Of a stretch of DNA of 64,000 nt, positions 59,601 through 64,000 are shown piece after piece (within the stretch, counting starts at the first letter, position 1; every line of letters starts with the position of its first letter). This DNA is from Psammoneis japonica (lineage: Eukaryota), in contig QPGO01000145.1 in assembly GCA_008632985.1 (NCBI GenBank), positions 124,001-188,000 on the forward strand, given 5' to 3'. Made by a program: the position numbers and the translations under genes. A model generated the notes under the pieces. The model did no database searches. It saw only the letters and a list, made by a program, of their open reading frames with translations, and was not told the origin of the DNA.

Positions 59601-61693
59601 TCGAAACCGTTGAACGGGTGACATCGGATGATGTTTTGTCGTCACATCCTGATTTTGACAAACCCTTTGAGACACATGCCGATGCCTCTAAATGTCAATT
59701 GGGAGCAGTTGCACCCCAAAATGATGAACCTGTCACCTTTTGCAGCAGAAAGCTCAACAGCGCGCAATTAAATTGTGCAACAACGGAGAGAGAATTGCTC
59801 GTCATTGTGGAAATGTTGAAAGAATTTCGAATGATTCTCCTTGGTCATCGCATGATTGTGTGTGCTGATCATAAAAATCTTGCATGCAATGCGGCCCCGA
59901 ATTACGCTGTGTTGAGGGCACCCACAACCCAGTCGCTGACGCTCTTGGTCGCCTTCGACTGGCACCCAGCTTGCCTTCCGAGGCCAATCCGGATGTAAAC
60001 GACACACCATCGAGTCATCCTTTGCATGAAGCTTTTAATGCAGACGCGCAAGATGAGATGTCTCTGCCCATTAGCTTCAAGCGCATTCAAAAAGCACAAC
60101 AAAAGGACAAGCGCCTACTCTCACGAGCTAAGGACTCGTCCGACTACTCCATTCGCGCGTGTCGTGGGGGAGGGTCATCACGACAGTTAATCTGTCATAA
60201 GGACAAAATCGCAGTACCACAGTCATTGCAGGTTCCGCTAACTGAATGGTGCCACGAGACACTGTGTCATCCAGGTGAGACACGTACGGAAATATCTATT
60301 GCCCAGCACTTCTATTGGCCTAGTATGAGGTCTACGGTGCATTCTACGTGCGTTAAGTGCGATCGATGCCAGAAGACAAAACGCCGAACGCAGCGTTATG
60401 GGAAGCTACCAGAAAAGGTCGCAGAGATAATTCCATGGGAGACTCTATGCATAGATATGATGGGGCCATATAAAATTCAAAGACGCGGAAAGGACACTTT
60501 GCAATTATGGGCAGTCACAATGATTGACCCAGCAACCGGGTGGTTCGAGATTAAAGAAGTGTCTACGAAACGCGCAGACGTCGTAGCAAACGTCGTGGAA
60601 CAAACGTGGCTATGCAGACATCCGTGGCCAACCCAGGTGGGTTTATGACCGTGGGACAGAATTTATGGCAGAATTTAGCCAGATGATTAAAAATGACTAT
60701 GGGATTTTGAAGAAACCCCTAAGTAAACGGAATCCACAGGCGAATGCCATAGTGGAACGTGTACACCAGACACTTGGTAACATGGTACGTTCCTTTTCAG
60801 TACAGAATATGGAACTGGACGAAGATGACCCATGGAGTGGCATCCTCTCCGCAGTAGCCTTCGCTATTAGAGCTACGGTACATACGACCACGCGTGCAAG
60901 TCCCATGCAATTGGTCTTCGGACGCGATGCGGTTTTTATCTATTGCCTATCGTGCTAAGTGGAAGTACATGGAAACCAGAAAGCAGAAGCTTATCCACTT
61001 TTAAACAACCAGCGTGAAAATCAGAAATGCAAGAAGTGTCAATATACCGTAGGGCAATTGGTACTTATCAAACAGGAACAATCCTCTAAATACGGTTCTG
61101 ACAGCTATGCAGGACCCGCCAGAGTTGTCTGTGTATATGACAACGGCACGTTGCGTGTCCAGAACGGAGCGCTGATAGATACGTACAATCTACGGCAGAT
61201 TGTACCCTATCACCAGTAAGACATCCTGTCACTTTTAACGGCCCTGATCATGGGGGAGTGTGCAGTATGCCTCGCTACTGGACAACACGGCGAGACCGTG
61301 CATAAGCCTCTTGTACGTGGCAACGTAGTATTGTTAACACGTACCTGGGAAGCACGACCACAGGAGGGCGTGGCTCCAGGTCTTAGGCAATTCCAGAAGG
61401 ATTTCAAGAGAGCATCCGTGTGAAGCACACTAGCCCGTCGTCTGGCCCACGATGGTAGCGTGATTCCACACGATGACATCACTCGTGCATGGCGCGTGAT
61501 GGCTTGATTCGCACGATCCACAATGCGAACGCACGATCGATTTGATGCGATCCAAATGCGAACGAGTGGGGATTTGGCAAGATTCCCCATTCGCACGATC
61601 CCACTTTCTCTGCTCTAAACTAGCTCACAATTTTCACAACGACAAAGTCGCAACACATCTTCTTTTTCAGCGCCTGGTGCATGCATGGGGGCA
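56651..61693 (+). mobile_element. Ty3/Gypsy LTR retrotransposon, partly hypermutated, with internal deletions
   Basis: LTRs 56651-57082 and 61261-61693 (TG...CA); TSD GGTG; PPT GGGGGAG. Gag 57177-58220 (CMLHGTNCGHHAEDC), protease LLDSGAS, RT WAAPSF..PKK / DLRELNK / LPMGL, RNase H DAS..LGAV, integrase H..LCHPG..CDRC / CIDMMGP / NPQANAIVERVH. Confidence 0.95.
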
Positions 61694-61716
61694 GGTGCTC
61701 AAAACTGCACATTGAG

Positions 61717-63200
61717 ACAACCTTCTTCTTGGCATGACCCCATGTGCTCATGAGCTGTGGCTTGCATTTGTTGTTTCCTGCATGCATTTGGCAAGAAGCT
61801 CCATGTGGCACCCTGGGGCCTCCTTTGTGTGCTTTTGGCATGACTTGATCCTTTTGTGCAGGTGCAGCACTGCAGTGAGATTTTCACAAGAACTTGACAG
61901 CAGTCTTTTGATCAACAAAGAGTCTGTGCTGCCTCACAAGACTGTTGTCACAGCTGTCCCCACCAACTGCTTTTCGGCACATGTGGCTTTTGTTGTCACA
62001 CCACCAGTGCACACCACATGCAAATGTGGGAGGGCACTCATTGTCCTTGAGTGCCTTGGCAAGTTTGGCTTTGCGGCGCTGTTGACTTTTTTTCTCTTGC
62101 TTGAGCATTTGCAAAACACAAGCGCAAATCACACGTTTTGCCTGTGCGCTGCCTTTGTCCTTGCTGCCAGTCCAGTGATGAGGAAGGGCCAGTAGATTCT
62201 CTTGGGCATTTCTTGCTGTTTTCATGGTCTCCCTCTTGTTTGAAGGTGCAGGAGCAAAAACAATGGCAGCAGCTGGGTTCTGCCAAAAGAAAGAGTTGAA
62301 ATTGGGTCAGCTGATGAGTTGCACCACATGAAACTCATGTTGTCATTTTGACCACAATGAGAGCAATCAGAAAACAAGCAGTTTGAAGCAAGGTTTGCAT
62401 GTGACAGGATTGGCCCTCCACAAGCAGCAACAATGTTGTCAACTTGCAACTCAGTTCAACTTGTGGTCAAGAATCTCCTCTCAGCATCATCCAAAGTGAG
62501 CGACAGTCATGTGTTGCAATTGCAGAGCTTGCGCCACATCAAGGTTAATTGGGCTGTGAGAACTTGTCCCTGCATGTGTCCAGCACCTGCTCTGTGTGGC
62601 AGCTTGCACTCTCTGACATGCTTGCAAACCCCCTTGGCTGTGTGTGAGTGGAGTTGCAGAAGGAGCGCCCATCTGTGCAAGGTTTCTAGCTGCACCTTTT
62701 TTCTTCTGCTGTGTTCTCACTGTCAGTTGCTGCCAGCACCAGCCTGACCAAGTCTGTTCCCTCTGTCTGTTTGGTGGGCCATGCTCTTCAATCAGGCTGA
62801 TGCTGGTGGTGACAACAGATGAGTGGCCCAGTGGAGAAAGTTCATAGAGTCATCAGACAGATGGGAAAAGTGGCTGAGTTCTCCTTTGCCAATCCCACAA
62901 ATGACTGGGGGGAGAGTGACTGCTGGGCTTGTGGGACATGAAGCTGACTCTGAAGTTGCCAAACTCTGAAGTCTTTGACTGCTTTCAAAAACATCCAAGT
63001 GTGCTCTTGTCACATCTGAATCTTGGTGCAGAGGGGAGCCATTCTCCTTTTTTTGTGCACTTGCCAGAGAGCATTGCACTTCATGCTGGCTGTTCAAGTC
63101 CAAAGGCTGCTGCTCCTTCTTCTTCATTGTGGCAAAACAAGAAGTGTCACTCACAGTTTTTCCTTGTCTGTGCAACACCGCAAGTGAGACCACATGCCCC
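61717..63200. repeat. Unclassified TpA-depleted repeat/TE relic
   Basis: Near-absence of TA up to a sharp boundary at ~63.2 kb. No domain recognised. Confidence 0.45.
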
Positions 63201-63588
63201 ATCTGCATGATCCTTGAACGGCTGCACTTCTTGATGGGAGATTTCTAGGACATCGCCCGTAGGGTGTAGTAGGATGGTCCCCAAGGACACTCTACCGGAA
63301 ACGGCATCCGGAACACGGATGAAAATTATGGTAAATGCGCTAATGCGGTGGATTTCATGGTCATTGACATGGCGGCTGCCACCACTCCCATTATTTTTAC
63401 CATGAAACTGTGTCCCACTGCTTGCTTGGGAGGAAAAAGGTACAATATTGCTATAGTTGCCAGTTATTAAACGCTTGGTTCTTACAATGCTGCCACTAAC
63501 CACCTTTCTGAAGCGTGGACGACAAACGCACTGTAGTGCTTGTGTCTCTACCTTGCCTCTCTCTTGTAGTCTATGTCTGCGATACTGT

Positions 63589-64000
63589 CTAGTCGCTTTC
63601 GACTTTCTTTTCGGTTTCAACATTTACTGATAGCTTTTCTGCCATCGACTTTTCCACCTGGGCGACACCATTGTCAGAGTTGTCGGAAGTGGCATTATCG
63701 CCCTCTGCAACTGCATCATTTTTTGATTCTGTCTCTTGAAGATACCTTTCATACTGCTTGATCATCATATCGGCCCAATAGCGGGCAATCAATAAACGAA
63801 CGATTCGCCGGTCTCCTCTAAAGCTCGGTCCAGTCGCCGTGGCATCATCCGGATCGCGTTCTTGACCAGCATCCGCATCACCCGCTTGTTCCTCTTCGTC
63901 GTCGTCGTTGTTGGACGCAGAAGTCGACGGACCACGCTCTAACAGTTTGGGTCCTCCCAGTGTTTTCAATCGTTCCAGCCATACGGCAAGCACTTGTTCA
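63589..64000 (-). CDS. 3' end of an unknown host gene entering from beyond the window
   Basis: Open frame to the window edge with normal Tyr/TA content and acidic low-complexity segments. Confidence 0.5.
   Translation of the reverse strand, partial: EQVLAVWLERLKTLGGPKLLERGPSTSASNNDDDEEEQAGDADAGQERDPDDATATGPSFRGDRRIVRLLIARYWADMMIKQYERYLQETESKNDAVAEGDNATSDNSDNGVAQVEKSMAEKLSVNVETEKKVESD

Noticed and set aside
56651..61693. ADAR editing of retroelement RNA as the cause
   Set aside because: Both A->G and T->C occur on the same strand, the two LTRs differ, and DNA transposons, MITEs and duplicated host DNA are affected too.
300..63200. Hundreds of overlapping 60-350 aa ORFs in TE blocks
   Set aside because: They are explained by loss of TAA/TAG. 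They are Tyr-free and Cys/His-rich with no coherent domains beyond the TE fragments listed.
31440..63200. Alternative genetic code, or classical C->T RIP, as the explanation
   Set aside because: Neighbouring genes use Tyr and TAA/TAG normally. Conserved-Tyr motifs polarise the change as TA->TG/CA, the opposite of RIP.

Overview
This is eukaryotic nuclear DNA, very likely from a diatom: it has an LHCX gene with an ASAFAP-like targeting motif, short GT-AG introns and diatom-type Copia/Gypsy/Ngaro elements. An ordinary gene island (~11.6-31.4 kb) holds a MYND protein, a 2OG-Fe(II)-oxygenase-like fragment, an MDR oxidoreductase, a frameshifted sugar O-acetyltransferase, two Mpv17/PMP22 paralogs, LHCX, TypA/BipA, SerRS, Sec63 and a CxxC-repeat protein. 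Dense transposon domains surround it (~0.3-9.85 kb, 17.2-19.5 kb, 31.4-63.2 kb): CRE-like and RNase-H-bearing LINEs, a Harbinger, an Ngaro tyrosine-recombinase retrotransposon, Copia, Gypsy, a TRIM and MITEs. The main finding is an apparent repeat-targeted hypermutation process. In the transposon domains most TpA dinucleotides have become TpG or CpA (A:T->G:C, the opposite direction to fungal RIP), on top of CpG->TpG/CpA decay. Three internal copy pairs show it directly: the two Gypsy LTRs, two MITE copies, and an inverted duplicate of host genes. Conserved Tyr residues become Cys/His, including RT YxDD motifs and the recombinase catalytic Tyr. The process spares one copy of a duplicated pair and acts in sharply bounded patches. 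All alignments were done by eye; family assignments rest on motif recognition, not database searches.
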